Origin: the human T2T-CHM13v2.0 reference genome, Homo sapiens
NCBI RefSeq assembly: GCF_009914755.1
Contig: NC_060931.1
Strand: one strand, 5' to 3'
DNA length: 64,000 nucleotides
Made by a program: the position numbers and the translations under genes. Below the pieces are notes generated by a model, which was not told the origin of the DNA, searched no databases, and saw only the letters and a program-made list of their open reading frames with translations. Below are positions 42,501 to 55,400 of this stretch, piece by piece (position 1 is the first letter of the stretch; every line of letters begins with the position of its first letter).

Positions 42501-45500
42501 GCCATTTCTCAGATAGCATCTTTGTATTTTTTATCTGAAGATACATCCTTTTCACTATAGGACCTAAGGCAGTCCCAAATATACCTTCACAGATTCTACA
42601 AAAATACTGTTTACAAACTGCTGAATGAAAAGTAATATTTAATTCTGCTAGACAGATGCAAGCAGCACAATTTGGTTTCTCGGATAGGATCCTTCTAGTT
42701 TTTATCCTGGGATATTCACTTTTTTGACTTTGGCCTCAATGAGCACTCAAATACCCCTTACAGATTCTGCAACAACAGTGTTTCCACACCTCTGAATCCA
42801 AGAAAGGTTTAACTCTTTGAGATGAATGGACATTTGGGAAATCGTTTTCTTGGATAACTTCCTTATAGTTTTTATCCTGGGATATTTGCTTTTTCTCCTA
42901 TGGCCACAATGAGCTATCTAATATCCCTTTGCAGATTCTACAAAAACAGTGTTTCCAAACTGCTGTATCCTAAGATAGGTTTTCCTTTTTCTAAATAGGC
43001 CTCATTATGTGCTCCCTTCACAGATTCTGCAAAACTAGTGATTCCAAAAGACTGATTCGAAAGAAAGTTTTAACTCTGTGAGATAAATCCACACATCACA
43101 AACCAGTTTCTCAGAGTTTTTTTGTAGTTTTCCTCTGAAGATACTTTCTCTTTCACCATAGGCCTCAATGCACTCCCAAATATCCCTTCACAGATTTTGC
43201 CAAAACAGAGTTTCCAAACTGCTGAATGGAAACAAAAGCTTAACTGTGCGAGATGAATGCACACATCTCAAAGTTGTTTCCCAGAGAGGTTCATTCTACT
43301 TTTTATCCTCGGATATTTGCTTTTTCTCAGTTGGCCTCAATAAGGTCCCAAATGTCCATTCACAGAATGGACAAAAACAGTGTTTCCAAACTGCTGAAAA
43401 AAAGAAAGGTTTAACTCTGTGAGATGAAGGCACACATCACAAAGCAGTTTCTCAGAAAGTTCTTTCCAGTTTTTTTCTTAAGATATTTCCTTTTTCAACA
43501 TAGGCCTCAATGTGTACCTAAATATCCCCATGCAGGTTCTACCAAAACAGTGTTTCCAAATTGATGAATGAAAAGAAAGGTATAAATCTGTGAGATGAAT
43601 GCACAAATCCCAAAGCCATATCTCAGATAGCTTCCTTCTAGTTTTTATCCTGGGATATTAGCTTTTTCACCATTGGCCTCAATGAGTGCTCAAATGTCCA
43701 TTCACAGAATGGACAAAAACAATGTTTCCAAACTGCTGAATCCAAAGAAAGGTTTAACTCTGTGAGATGAATGCATGCATCGTGAAACTGTTTCTCAGAA
43801 TGCTTCTTTCTAGTTTTTATCTGAAGGTATTTCCTTTTGCACCATAGGCCTCAATGCGCTCCCAAATAACCTGTCGCAGATTCTACCAAAACAGAGTTTC
43901 CAAAGTGTTGAATGAAAACAAATGTTTATCTCTGTGAGGTGAATGCACACATCACAAAACAGTTTCTCATGTAGCTTCCTTCTAGTTTTTATCCTGGAAT
44001 ATTCTTTTTATTGGCTTTGTCCTCAATGAGCTCCCAAATTCTCCTTCACAGATGCTACTAAAATAGTGTTTCCAAACTGATGAATCCAAAGAAAAGTTTA
44101 AGTATGCAAGGTGAGTGAACACATCACATAGCGATTTCTCAGATAGCTTTCTTCTAGTTTTTGTCCTGGGATATTGGCTTTTTCGCCATTGGCCTCAATG
44201 AGCTCCCAAATGCCCACTCGCAGAATGGACAAAAACAGTGTTTCCAAAGTGATGAATCCAAATAAATGTTTAACTCTCTGAGATGAATGGACACATAACA
44301 AAGCAGTTTCTCAGAAAGTTTCTTTCTAGTTTTATTCTGAATATATTTCCGTTTTCACCAAAGACCTCAATATGCTCCCAAATATCCCTTTGCAGATTCT
44401 TCAAAAACAGAGTTTACAACTGGCTGAATGAAGAGAAAGGTTTAACTCTGCAAGACAAATGCATACATCACAAAGTTGTTTCTCAGATAGCTTCTGTCTA
44501 GTTTTTGTCCTGGGACATGCACTTTTTTGCCTTTGGCCTCATTGAGCTCCCAAATACTCCTTCTCAGATTCCAGAAAAATAGAGTTTCCAAACTGCTGAA
44601 TAATAAGAAAGGTTTAAGTCTGTGAGATGAATGCACACATCTAAATTGGTTTCTCAAATAACTTCCTTCTGGTTTTTATAAAGGGATATTCACTTTTTCG
44701 TCATTGGCCTCATTGACTTCCAAAATGTCCATTTGCAGAATGGAGAAAAACAGTGTTTCCAAACTGCTGAATCCAAAGAAAGGTTTAATTCTGTGAGATG
44801 AATGGATGCATCACAAAGCAGTTTCCCAGAAAGCTTCTTTCTAGTTTTTATCTGAAGATATTTCCTTTTTCACCATAGGCCTCAATGCTCTCCCAAATAT
44901 CCTTTCACAAATTCTACCAAAAAAGTGTTTCCTAACTGCTGAATGAAAAGAAAGGTTTAAATCTGCGAGGTGAATGCACACCTCACAAAGCGGTTTCTCC
45001 AATAGCTTCCTTCTAATTTTTATCCTGGGATATTCACTTTTTCACTTTTGGCCTCAATGAGCTCCCCAATATCCGTTCACAGATTCTAAAACAACAGTGT
45101 TTCCAAACTGCTGAATCCAATGAAAGGTTTATCTCTATGAGATGAATGAACACATCACAAAGCAGTTTCTCAGAAAAATTCTTTCTGGTTTATATCTGAA
45201 GATATTTCCTTTTGCATAAGCATCAATGAGTTTCAAAACATCCCTTCACAGATTGTACCAAAAGAGTGTTTCCAACGTGCTGAATGAAAAGAAAGGTTTA
45301 ACTCTGCGAGCTGAATGCCCTCACCACAAAGCGGTTTTGCAGATAGCTTCCTTCTAGTTTTTATAATGCAATATTCACTTTTTTCATCTTTGGTGTCAAT
45401 GAGCTCCCAATTATTCCTTTGCAGATGCTACAAAAACATTGTTTCTAAACTGCTGAATCTAAAGAACGTCTTAATTCAGTGAAATGAATGCACACATCAC

Positions 45501-48500
45501 AAGCAGTTTCTCAGAAGGCATCTTTTTAATTTTTATCTGAAGATATTTCCTTTTTAACCATAGGCCTCAATGCACACCCAAATATCCCTTTGCAGATTCT
45601 ACAAAAACAGTGTTTCCAAACTGCTATAAGATAACAAATGTTTAACTCTGCAAGCTGAATGCACACATCAGAAAGTGGTTTCTCAACTAACTTCCTTCTA
45701 GTTTTTATTCAGTTATATTTGCTTTTTTGCCATTGGCCTCATTGAGCTCCCAAATGTCCATTTGCAGAATGGACAAAAACAATGTTTCCAAACTGCTGAA
45801 TCCAAAGAAAAGTCTAACTCTGTGAGGTGATTTCACAAACCATGAGGCACTTTCTCAGAAAGCTTCTTTCTAGTTTTTATCTGGAGCTATTTCCATTTTC
45901 AACATAGGCCTCACTGCTCTCCATATACATCTTTGCAGATTCTACCAAAACAGTGTTTCCAAACTGCTGAATGGAAAAGAAAGTTTTAACTGAGAGTTGA
46001 ATGCACACATCACAAATGGGTTTCGCAGATAGCTGCCTTCTAGTTTTTATCCTGGAATATTCACTTTTTCACCATTGACCTCAATGAGCTCCCAAATATC
46101 CATTCACAGAATGGACAAAACAATGTTTCCAAACTGCCAAATCCAAAGAAAGTTTTAACTCTGTGAGATGATTGCACAAATCACCAAGTAGTTTCTCAGA
46201 AAGCTTCTGTCTAGTCTAGTTTTTCTCTGAAGTTATTTCTGTTTTCAACACAGGCCTCAATGAGCTCCTGAATATCCCTTTGCAGATTCTACCAAAACAG
46301 TGTTTACAAACTGCTGAATGAAAAGAAAGCTTTAACTCTCTGAGATGAATGCACACATCACAAAATGGTTTCAAAAATAGCTTCCTTCTAGTTATTATCA
46401 AGGGATATTCACTTTTTCACCTTTGTCATCACTTATCTATCTAATATCCCATGGTAGATCCTCTACAAACAGTGTTTCCAAGCAGCTGGTTCCAAAGAAA
46501 GTTTTAACTCTGTGATATGGATGTACACATCACAAAGCAGTTTTTCAGAAAGATTCCTACTAGTTTTCATCTGAAGATATTTTCTTTTTCAAAATATGCC
46601 TCTATGTGATCCCACATATCCCTTCACAGATTCTACCAAAACAGTGTTTCCAAACTGCTGAATGAAAAGAAAAGTTTAAACTTGTGAGGTGAATGCACAC
46701 ATAACAAAGTGGTTTCTCAGATAGCTTCCTTCTAGTTTTTGTCCTGGGATATTCCTTTTTTTGCCATTGGCCTCAATGAGCTCCCAAATGTCCATTCGCA
46801 GAATGGACAAAAACAGTGTTTGCAAACTACTGAATCTAAAGAAAAGTTTAAAACTGTGAGATGACTGACACATCAAAAAGCAGTTTCTGAGAAAGCTTCT
46901 TTCTAGTTTTTATCTGCAGATCTGAAGATATTTCCTTTTTCACCATAGGCCTCAATGTGGTTCCTAATAACCCTATGCAGATTTGTCAAACACAGTTTTT
47001 CCAAACTGCTGAATGAAAAGGAAGTTTTAGTTCTGCAAGATGAATGCACACTACACAAAGTGGTTCCTCAGATAGCTGCCTTTTAGTTTTTATCCTGGTA
47101 TATTTTCCTTTAGCGTCAATGAGCTCCCAAATATCTCTTCACAGTTTCTACAAAACAGTGTTTCCAAACTGCTGAATCCAAAGAAAGGTTTAACTCTGTG
47201 AGATGAATGCACACATTACAAGGCCGTTTCTCAGAAGACTTCTTTAGAGTTTTTATTAGAAAATATTTCCTTTTTCACCCTAGGCTTCAATGTGCTCCCA
47301 AATTTCTCTTCACAGATTCTACCAAAACTGTGTTTACAAACTGCTGAATGAAAAAAATGGTTTAAATCTGCAAGATGAATGCACACATCACAAGGCGGCT
47401 TTACAGATAGCTTCCTTCTAGTTTTTATAATGGAATGTTCTCTTTATCATTTTTGGCCTCAATGAGCTCCCAAATATCCCTTCGCATATTCTACAAAAAC
47501 AGTGTTTCCAAACTGCTGAATGGAAGGAAAGGTATATCTCTGTGAGTTGAATGCACACATCACAAAGCAGTTTCTCAGAAAACTTCCTCCTATTTATTAT
47601 GTGAAGTTATTTCATTTTTCACCATAGAACTCAATGCACTTCCAAATATCTCATCACAGATTCTACAAACACAGTGTTTCCAAACTGCTGAATGAAAAGA
47701 AAGATTTAAATTTGTGAAATGAATGCACATATCACAAAATAGTTTCTCAGTTAGCTTCCTTCTAGTTTTAATCCTGGGATATTTGATTATTTGTCTTTGG
47801 CTTCAATGAGCTCCCTAATATCCCTTCACAGATTCTAAAAAAACAGAGTTTTGAAACTTCTTAATGAAAAGAAAGGTTTAACTCAGTGAGATGGGTGCAC
47901 ACATAACACAGAAGTTACTCAGAAAGATTCTTCCTATTTTTATCTGAAGATATTTCATTTTTCATCGTAAAAGCAGTTTGTCAGATAGCTTCTTTCTAGT
48001 TTTTTTCCTGGAATATGTGCAGTTTCGCCATTGGCCTCAATGATCCCCCAAATGTCCATTCGTAGAATGGATAAAAAGACTGTTTCCAGACTGTTGAAAC
48101 CAAAGAAAGGTTTAACCCTGTGACACGAATGCACACATTACAAAGCAGTTTCTCAGAAGTCTTCTTTCCAGTTACTATCTGAAGATATTTCCTTTTCCAC
48201 CATAGGCCTCAATGCGCTCCCAAATATCCCTTCATGGATTCTACCAAAGCTGTGTTTCCTAGCTGCTGAATTAAAAGAAAGGTTTATCTCTGTGAGTTGA
48301 GTGCACACATCACAAAGCGATTTCTCAGATAAACTCCTTCTAGTTTTTATCCTGGGGTGTTCACTTTTTCTCCATTATCCTCAGTAAGCTCCCAAATATC
48401 CATTCACAGGATGGACAAAACAGTGTTTCCAAACTACTAAATCCAAGGAAAGATTTAACTCTGTGAGATGAATACAAACATCACAAAGCAGTTTCTCAGA

Positions 48501-49423
48501 AGTCTGCTTTCTAGTTTTTATCTGAAGTTATTTCCTTTTTCACTGTAGGCCAAAATGCACTCCCTAATATTCCTTCATAGATTCTACAAAATCAGTGTTT
48601 CCAAACTGCTGAGAAAGGCATGGTTTACTTCTGTGAGATGACTGCACACATCACAAGTGATTTCTTATATAACTTCCTTCTAGTTTTATGCTGGATATTG
48701 GCTTTTTCACCTTTGGCCTCAATGAGTTCCCAAATATCCCTTCACAGATCCTACAAGAACATTGTTACCAATCTGCTGAATCCAAAGAAAGGCTTAACTC
48801 TGTGAGATGAATGGACACATCACAATGCAGTTTCTCAGAAAGTTTCTTTCTAGTTTTTATCTGAAGATATTTCCTTTTTAACCACAGGCCTCAATGCTCT
48901 CCCAAATATGCATTCACAGATTCCACTAAAACAGATGTTTCCAAACTGCTGAATGAAAATAAAATTTTAACTCTGCAAGACTAATACACACATTGCAAAC
49001 CAGTTTATCAGATAGCTTCCTTGAAGTTTTTATCCTTGGGTATTTACTTTTTCACCACTGACCTCATTGAGCTCCCAAATATTTATTTGCTTATCCTACA
49101 AAAACCGTGTTTACAAACTGCTGAATTGAAAGAAGTTTTAAATCTGTGAGATGAATGAACATCACAAAGCAGTTTCTCATAAAGCTTCTTTTAGTGTTAA
49201 TCTGAAGTTACTTTCTCTTTCACCATAGGCCTCAATGCACTTCCAAATATCCCTTTGCAGATACTACAAAAACAGTGCCTCCAAACTGAGAACTGAAAAG
49301 GATGGTTTACCTCTGCAAGATGAATGCACACATCACAAAGCTGTTTCTCAGATAGCTTCCTTCCAGTTTTTATCCTGGTATATTTGCTTTATCGCCTTTG
49401 GCCTCAATGAGCTCCCAAATATC
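33559..49423 (-). repeat. Alpha satellite in inverted orientation (~15.9 kb)
   Basis: Motifs appear as reverse complements (GTTTAACTCTGTGAGATGAATGCACACATCACAAAGCAGTTTCTCAG; TTCCTTTTTCACCATAGGCCTCAATG). Confidence 0.98.
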
Positions 49424-52400
49424 TGTTTTTGTCCATTCTGCGAATGGACATATGGGAGCTCTTTGAGGCCAATGGTGAAAAAGTGAACATTGCAGCATAA
49501 AATCTAGAAAGTATTTTTCAGAGACACTGCTTTGTGATGTGTGCATTGGTCACACAGAGTTAAAGCTTTCTTTGGTTTCAGCAATTTGGAAATACTGTTT
49601 TTGTAGAATCTGCAAAGGGATATTTGGGAGCTCATTGAGGAGAAATGTGATAAAGTGAATATCCCAGTATAAAAACTAGAAGGAAGCTATCTGAGAAACT
49701 GCTTTGTGATGTGTGCATTCATATCACAGAGTTAAACATTGCTCTTCTTTCAGAAGTTTGGAAACAGTATTTTTTGTAGGATCTGAGAAGGGATATTTGA
49801 GAAGGCATTGAGGCATATGGTGAAAAAAGAAATATCTTCAGACAAATCCTAGAAAGAAGCTTTCTGAGCAACTGTTTTTGATGTATGCATTCATCTCACA
49901 GAGTTAAAACTATTTTAGGATTAAGCAGTTTGGAAAAACTGTTTTTGTCCATTCTGCAAATGGACATTTTGGAGCTCATTTAGGCCAATGTCAAAAAAGT
50001 GAATAACCCTGGATAAAAAATAGAAGAAAGCTATCGCAGAAACTGCTTTGTGATGTGTGCATTCTTCTCGAAGAGTTAAAATTTTCTTTTCATTCAAAAG
50101 TTTGGAAACACTGTTTGTGTTTTGGTGTAATCTATGAAGGGAAATTTGGGAGCACATTGAGGCCTAAGGCGAAAAAGGAAATATCTTCAGATAAAAACTA
50201 GATAGAAGTTGTCTAGGAAACTGCTTTGTGATGTATATATTCATCTCAAAGAGTTAAACCTTTCTTTGGATTCAGCAGTTTGGAAACACTGTTTTTGTAG
50301 AGTCTACAAAGGGGTCTTTTGGAGCTCATTGAGTCTAAAGGTGAAAAAGTGAATATCCCAACATCAAAACTAGAAGGAAGCTATCTGAGAAACTGCTTTG
50401 TGATGGGTGCATTCATCTCGCAGAGTTAAAACTTTCTTTGGATTCAGCAATTTGGAAACACTGTTTTTGTAGAGTCTGCAAAGGGGTCTTTTGGAGCTCA
50501 TTGAGTTTAAAGGTGAAAAAGTGAATATCCCAGCATCAAAACTAGAAGGAAGCTATCTGAGAAACTGCTTTGTGATGGGTGCATTCATCTCGCAGAATTA
50601 AAACTTTCTTTTCATTCAGCAATTTGGAAACAAAGTTTTGGTAGAATCTGCAAAGGGATTCTTCCACATGGAAGTGCTTCCATTCTTCCAGATGGAAGTG
50701 CTTTGAGGCCTAAGGTAGAAAGGGAAATATATTCAGATAAAAACTAGAAAGAAGCTTTCTGAGAAACTTTTTTGTGATGTGTGCAATCAAATGAGGGACT
50801 TAAACCTTCCTTTGGATTCAGCAGTTTGGAACCACTGTTTTTTTCCATTCTGTGAATGGACCTTTGGGATCTCATTGTGGTCAATGGTCAAAATGTGAAT
50901 ACCCCAGGTAAACACTAGAAGAAAGCTGTCTGAGAAAGTGCTTTGTGATATGTGATTTCATCTCACAGAGTTAAACCTTTCTTTTCATTCAGGAGTTTGG
51001 AACCACTGTTTTTGACCCTTCCGCGAATGGACATTTGGGTGCTCATTGTGTCCAATGGTGAAAATGCGAATATCCCAGGTAAAAACTAGAAGAAATCTGT
51101 CTGAGAAACTCCTTTGTGTTGTGTGCATTCATCTCACAGAGTTAAACAATTCTTTGCATTAAGCAGTTTGGAAATACTGTTTTTGTAGAAAGGGCGAAGG
51201 GATATTTGGGAGTTCATTGAAGCTGAAGGTGATAAAGCAAATATCCCAGGATAAAAACTAAAAGGAAGCTATCTGAGAAATCGCTTTGTGATGCATGCAT
51301 TCATCTGGCACAGGTAAACCATCCTTTTCAGTCAGCAATTTTGAAACACTCTTTTTGTAGAATCTGTGAAGGGTTATTTGGGAGCAGTCTGTGGCCTATG
51401 GTGAAAAAGGAAATACCTTCAGATAAAAACTAGAAAGAAGCTTTCTGAGAAACTGCTTTGTGATGTGTGCATTCAACTCAACTTGCAGAGCTAAACCTTT
51501 CTTTGGTGTCAGCAGTTTGGAAACACTATTTTTGTAGAATTTGCAAAGGGATATTTTGTAGCTGATTGAAGCCAAAGGCAATAAAGCAAATATCCCATCA
51601 TAAAATCTAGAAGGAAACTATGTAAGAAACCACTTTGTGATGTGTGCATTCATCTCGCCATTTTAAACTTCTCTTTTTATTCAGCGCTTTGGAAACACTG
51701 TTTTTGTCCATTCTGTGAAAGGAAGTTTGGGAGCTTCTTCAGGCCAATGGGGAAAAAGAGAACATCCAAGGATAAAAACCCTAAGGAAGCTAGCTGAGAA
51801 ACAGCTTTGTGATGTGGACATTCATCTTGCAGATTTAAACCTTTGTGTTCATTCAGCAGTTTGGAAACACTGTTCTTGTAGAATCTTTGAAGGGATATTT
51901 TGGAACGCATGGAGGCCTATGGTGAAAAAGAAAATGTCTTCAGGTAAAAACCATAAAAAAGGTTTCTGAGAAACTGCTTTGTGATCGGTGCATTCATCTC
52001 ACAGAGCTAAACCTTTCTTTGGATTCAGCAGTTTGGAAACACCGTTTTTATCCATTCTGCAAATGTACATTTGGGAGCTCATTGAGGCCAAATGCAAAAA
52101 AGCAAATATCCCAGGATCTAAAGTAGAAGGAAGCTATCTGAGAAACTGCTTTGTTATGTGTGCATTCATCTCACAGAGTTAAACCTTTCTTCAGATTCAG
52201 CAGTTTGGAAACACTGTTTTTGTTCATTCTGCAAATGGACATTTGAGAGCTCATTGAGGACAATGGGGAAAAAGCAAATATCCCAGGATAAAAACTAGGA
52301 GAAAAATATCTTAGAAACAACTTTGTGGTGTGTGCATTCATCTCACAGAGGTAAAGCATTCTTCCATTCAGCAGTTTGGAAACACTGTTTTGGTATAATC

Positions 52401-55400
52401 TGTGAAGGGACATTCTGGAGCACATTGAAGCGTATGGTGAAAAATGAATTATCTGCAGACAAAAACTAAAAAGAAGCTCTCTGTGAAACCGATTTGTGAT
52501 GTGTGCATTCATCCCACAGAGTTAAACTATACTTTTCATTCAGCTTTTTGGAAAACCCGTTTTGGTAGAATTTGTGAATGGATATTTCAGAACCCTTTGA
52601 GGCCTATGGTGAAAAAGGAAATATCTTCAGATAAAAACTAGAATGATGTTTTCTGAGAAACTGGTTTGGGATGTATGCATCCATCTCAGAGAGTTAAAAA
52701 TTTCTTTGGATTCAGCAGTTTGGTAACACTGTTTTTGTCCATTCTGCGAATGGACATTTGGGAGCTCATTGAGGCCAATGGCAAAAAAAGCAAATATCCC
52801 AAGACAAAAACTAGAAGGAAGCTATTTGAGAAACCACATTGCGATGTGTGCATTCATCTAACAAAGTTAAAATTTCTTTTGATTCAGCAATTTGGCAACA
52901 CTGTTTTTCTAGAATGTTGAAGGGATATTTGGCAGTGCATTGAGGCCTGAAGTGAAAAAAGAAATACCTTCAGATAAAAACTAGAAAGAAGCTTTCTGAC
53001 AAACTGCTTTGTGATGTGTTCATTCATCTCACAGAGTTAAAACTTTGCTTGGATTCAGCAGTTTGGAAATACTGTTTTTGTCCATTCTGCGAATTGACAC
53101 TTGGGAGTTTATTGAGTCCAATGGCAAAAAAGTGAATACACCTGGATAAAAACTAGAAGAAAGTTTTCTGAGAATCTTATTTGTGATGTTTGCATTCATC
53201 TCACAGAGTTAAACCATTCTTTTCATTCAGCAGTTTGGAAACACTGTTTTCTTAGAATCTGTGAAGATATATGTGGTAGTGCATTGGGGCCTATGGTGAA
53301 TATGAAATATGTTCAGATAAAAACTAGAAAGAATGTTTCTGAGAAAGTTCTTTGTGATGTGTTCTTTCACCTCACAGAGTTAAACCTTTGTTTGAATTCT
53401 GCAGTTTGTAAACACTATTTTTGTCCATTCTGCCTATGGACATTTGGGAGCTCATTGAGGCCAATGGCAAAAAAAAGGAATATACCTGGATAAAAACTGG
53501 AAAGAAGTCCTCAGAGAAACCGATTTGTGATGTGTGCATTCATTTCACAGAGTTATACCTTTCTTTTCATTCAGTAGTTGGGAAACTCTGATATCTTACA
53601 ATCTGAGAAGATGTATTTTCTAGAGCCTTCAGGCCTATGGTGAAAAAAGAAATATCTTCAGATAAAAACTAGAAAGAAGCATTCATGAGAAACTGTTTTG
53701 GGATGTGTGCATTCATCACATAGAGTTAAACATTTCTTTGGATTCTGCAGTTTTGTAACACTGTTTTTATCAATTCTGCAAATGGACATTTGGGAACTCA
53801 TTGAGGCCAATGGCAAAAAAGCAATTATCCCTGGATGAAAACTACAAGGAAGTCATATGAGAAACTGATTTGTGATCTGTGCATTCATCTCACAGAGTTA
53901 AATATTTCTTTTCATTGAGGAGTTTGGAAACAGTTTTTTGAGAATGTACAAAGAGATATTTGGAAACGTATGGAGGCCAATGGTGAAACAGGAAATATCT
54001 TCAATTAAAAACTAGAAAGAAACTTAATCAGAAACTGGTTTGGGGTGTGTACATTCAACTCAGAGAGTTAAACTTTTCTTTGGATTAAGCAGTTTGGCAA
54101 CACTGTTGTTGTCCATTCTGTGAAAGGACGTTGGGAGCTCATTGACTCCAATGGCGAATACTGCAAATATCTCAGGAGTAAACTAAAGCTATCTGAGAAA
54201 TTGCTCGGTATGTGTGCATTCATCTAGCAGAGAAAAACCTTTCTTTTCATTCAGGAGTTCAGAAGTTCTGTTTTCTACAGACTGTGAAAGGATATTTGGC
54301 AGCACATTGAGGCCCATGGTGAAAAAGGAAAAATATTAAGATAAAAACTAGAAAGAGCCTTTCTATGAAACTGCTTTCTGATGTGTGCATTCATCTCACA
54401 GAGTTAAACCTTTCTTTTCATTCAGCAGTTTGGCAACACTGATATCTTAGAATCAGGGAAGAGATATTCAGTAAAGCATTGAGACCTAGGGTGAAAAAGG
54501 ATATATCTTCAGATAAAAACTAGAAAGAAGATTCATGAGAAATTGGTTCGGGTTGTATGCATTCATCTCATTGTTAAACATTTGTTCAGTTTCAGCAGTT
54601 TGGTAACACTGTTTTTTTTCCATTCTTTGAATGGACTTTTGGGAGCTCATTGAGGTCAATGGTGAAAAAGGAAATATCCCAGGATTAAAACTAGAGGGAA
54701 GCTATCTGTAAAATCTCTTTGTCATACATGCATTCTTCTAGCAGAGTTAAACATTTCTATTCCTTCAGCAGTTTAGAAACACTGTTTTTGTAGAAACTGT
54801 GAAAGAATATTTGTCAGTGCATTGATGCCTATGGTGAAAAAGGAAATATCTTCAGATAAAAACTAGAAAGAAGCTTTCTAAGAAACTCCTTTGTGATGTG
54901 TTCATTCATCTCACAGAGTTAAACTTTTCTTTGGGTTCAGCAGCTTGGAAACACTGTTATTTTCCATTCTGTGAATGGATATTTGGGAACTCATTGAGGC
55001 CAATCATGAAAAAGCAAATATCCCAGGATAAAAACTAGAAGGATCTTATCTGAGAAACTGATTCATGATGTGTGCATTCATCTCACAGATTTAAATCTTT
55101 CTTTTCACTCATGAGTTTGGAAACACTCTTTTCTTAGAATCTGTGAGTAGATATTTGGAAGAATATTGAGGCCTATAGTGCAAAAGCAAACATCTTCAAA
55201 TAAAAAACAGAAAGAAGCTTAAAGAGAAAGTGGTTTGGGATGTTTGCATTCAACTCTGAAAGTTAAACCTTTCTTTGGATTCAGCAGTTTGTTGACACTG
55301 TTTTTGTCCATTCTGTGAATGGACATTTGGGAGCTCATTGAGGCCATTGCTGTAAAACCAAATATCCCAGGATAAAAACTAGAAGGAAATTGTCTGAGAA

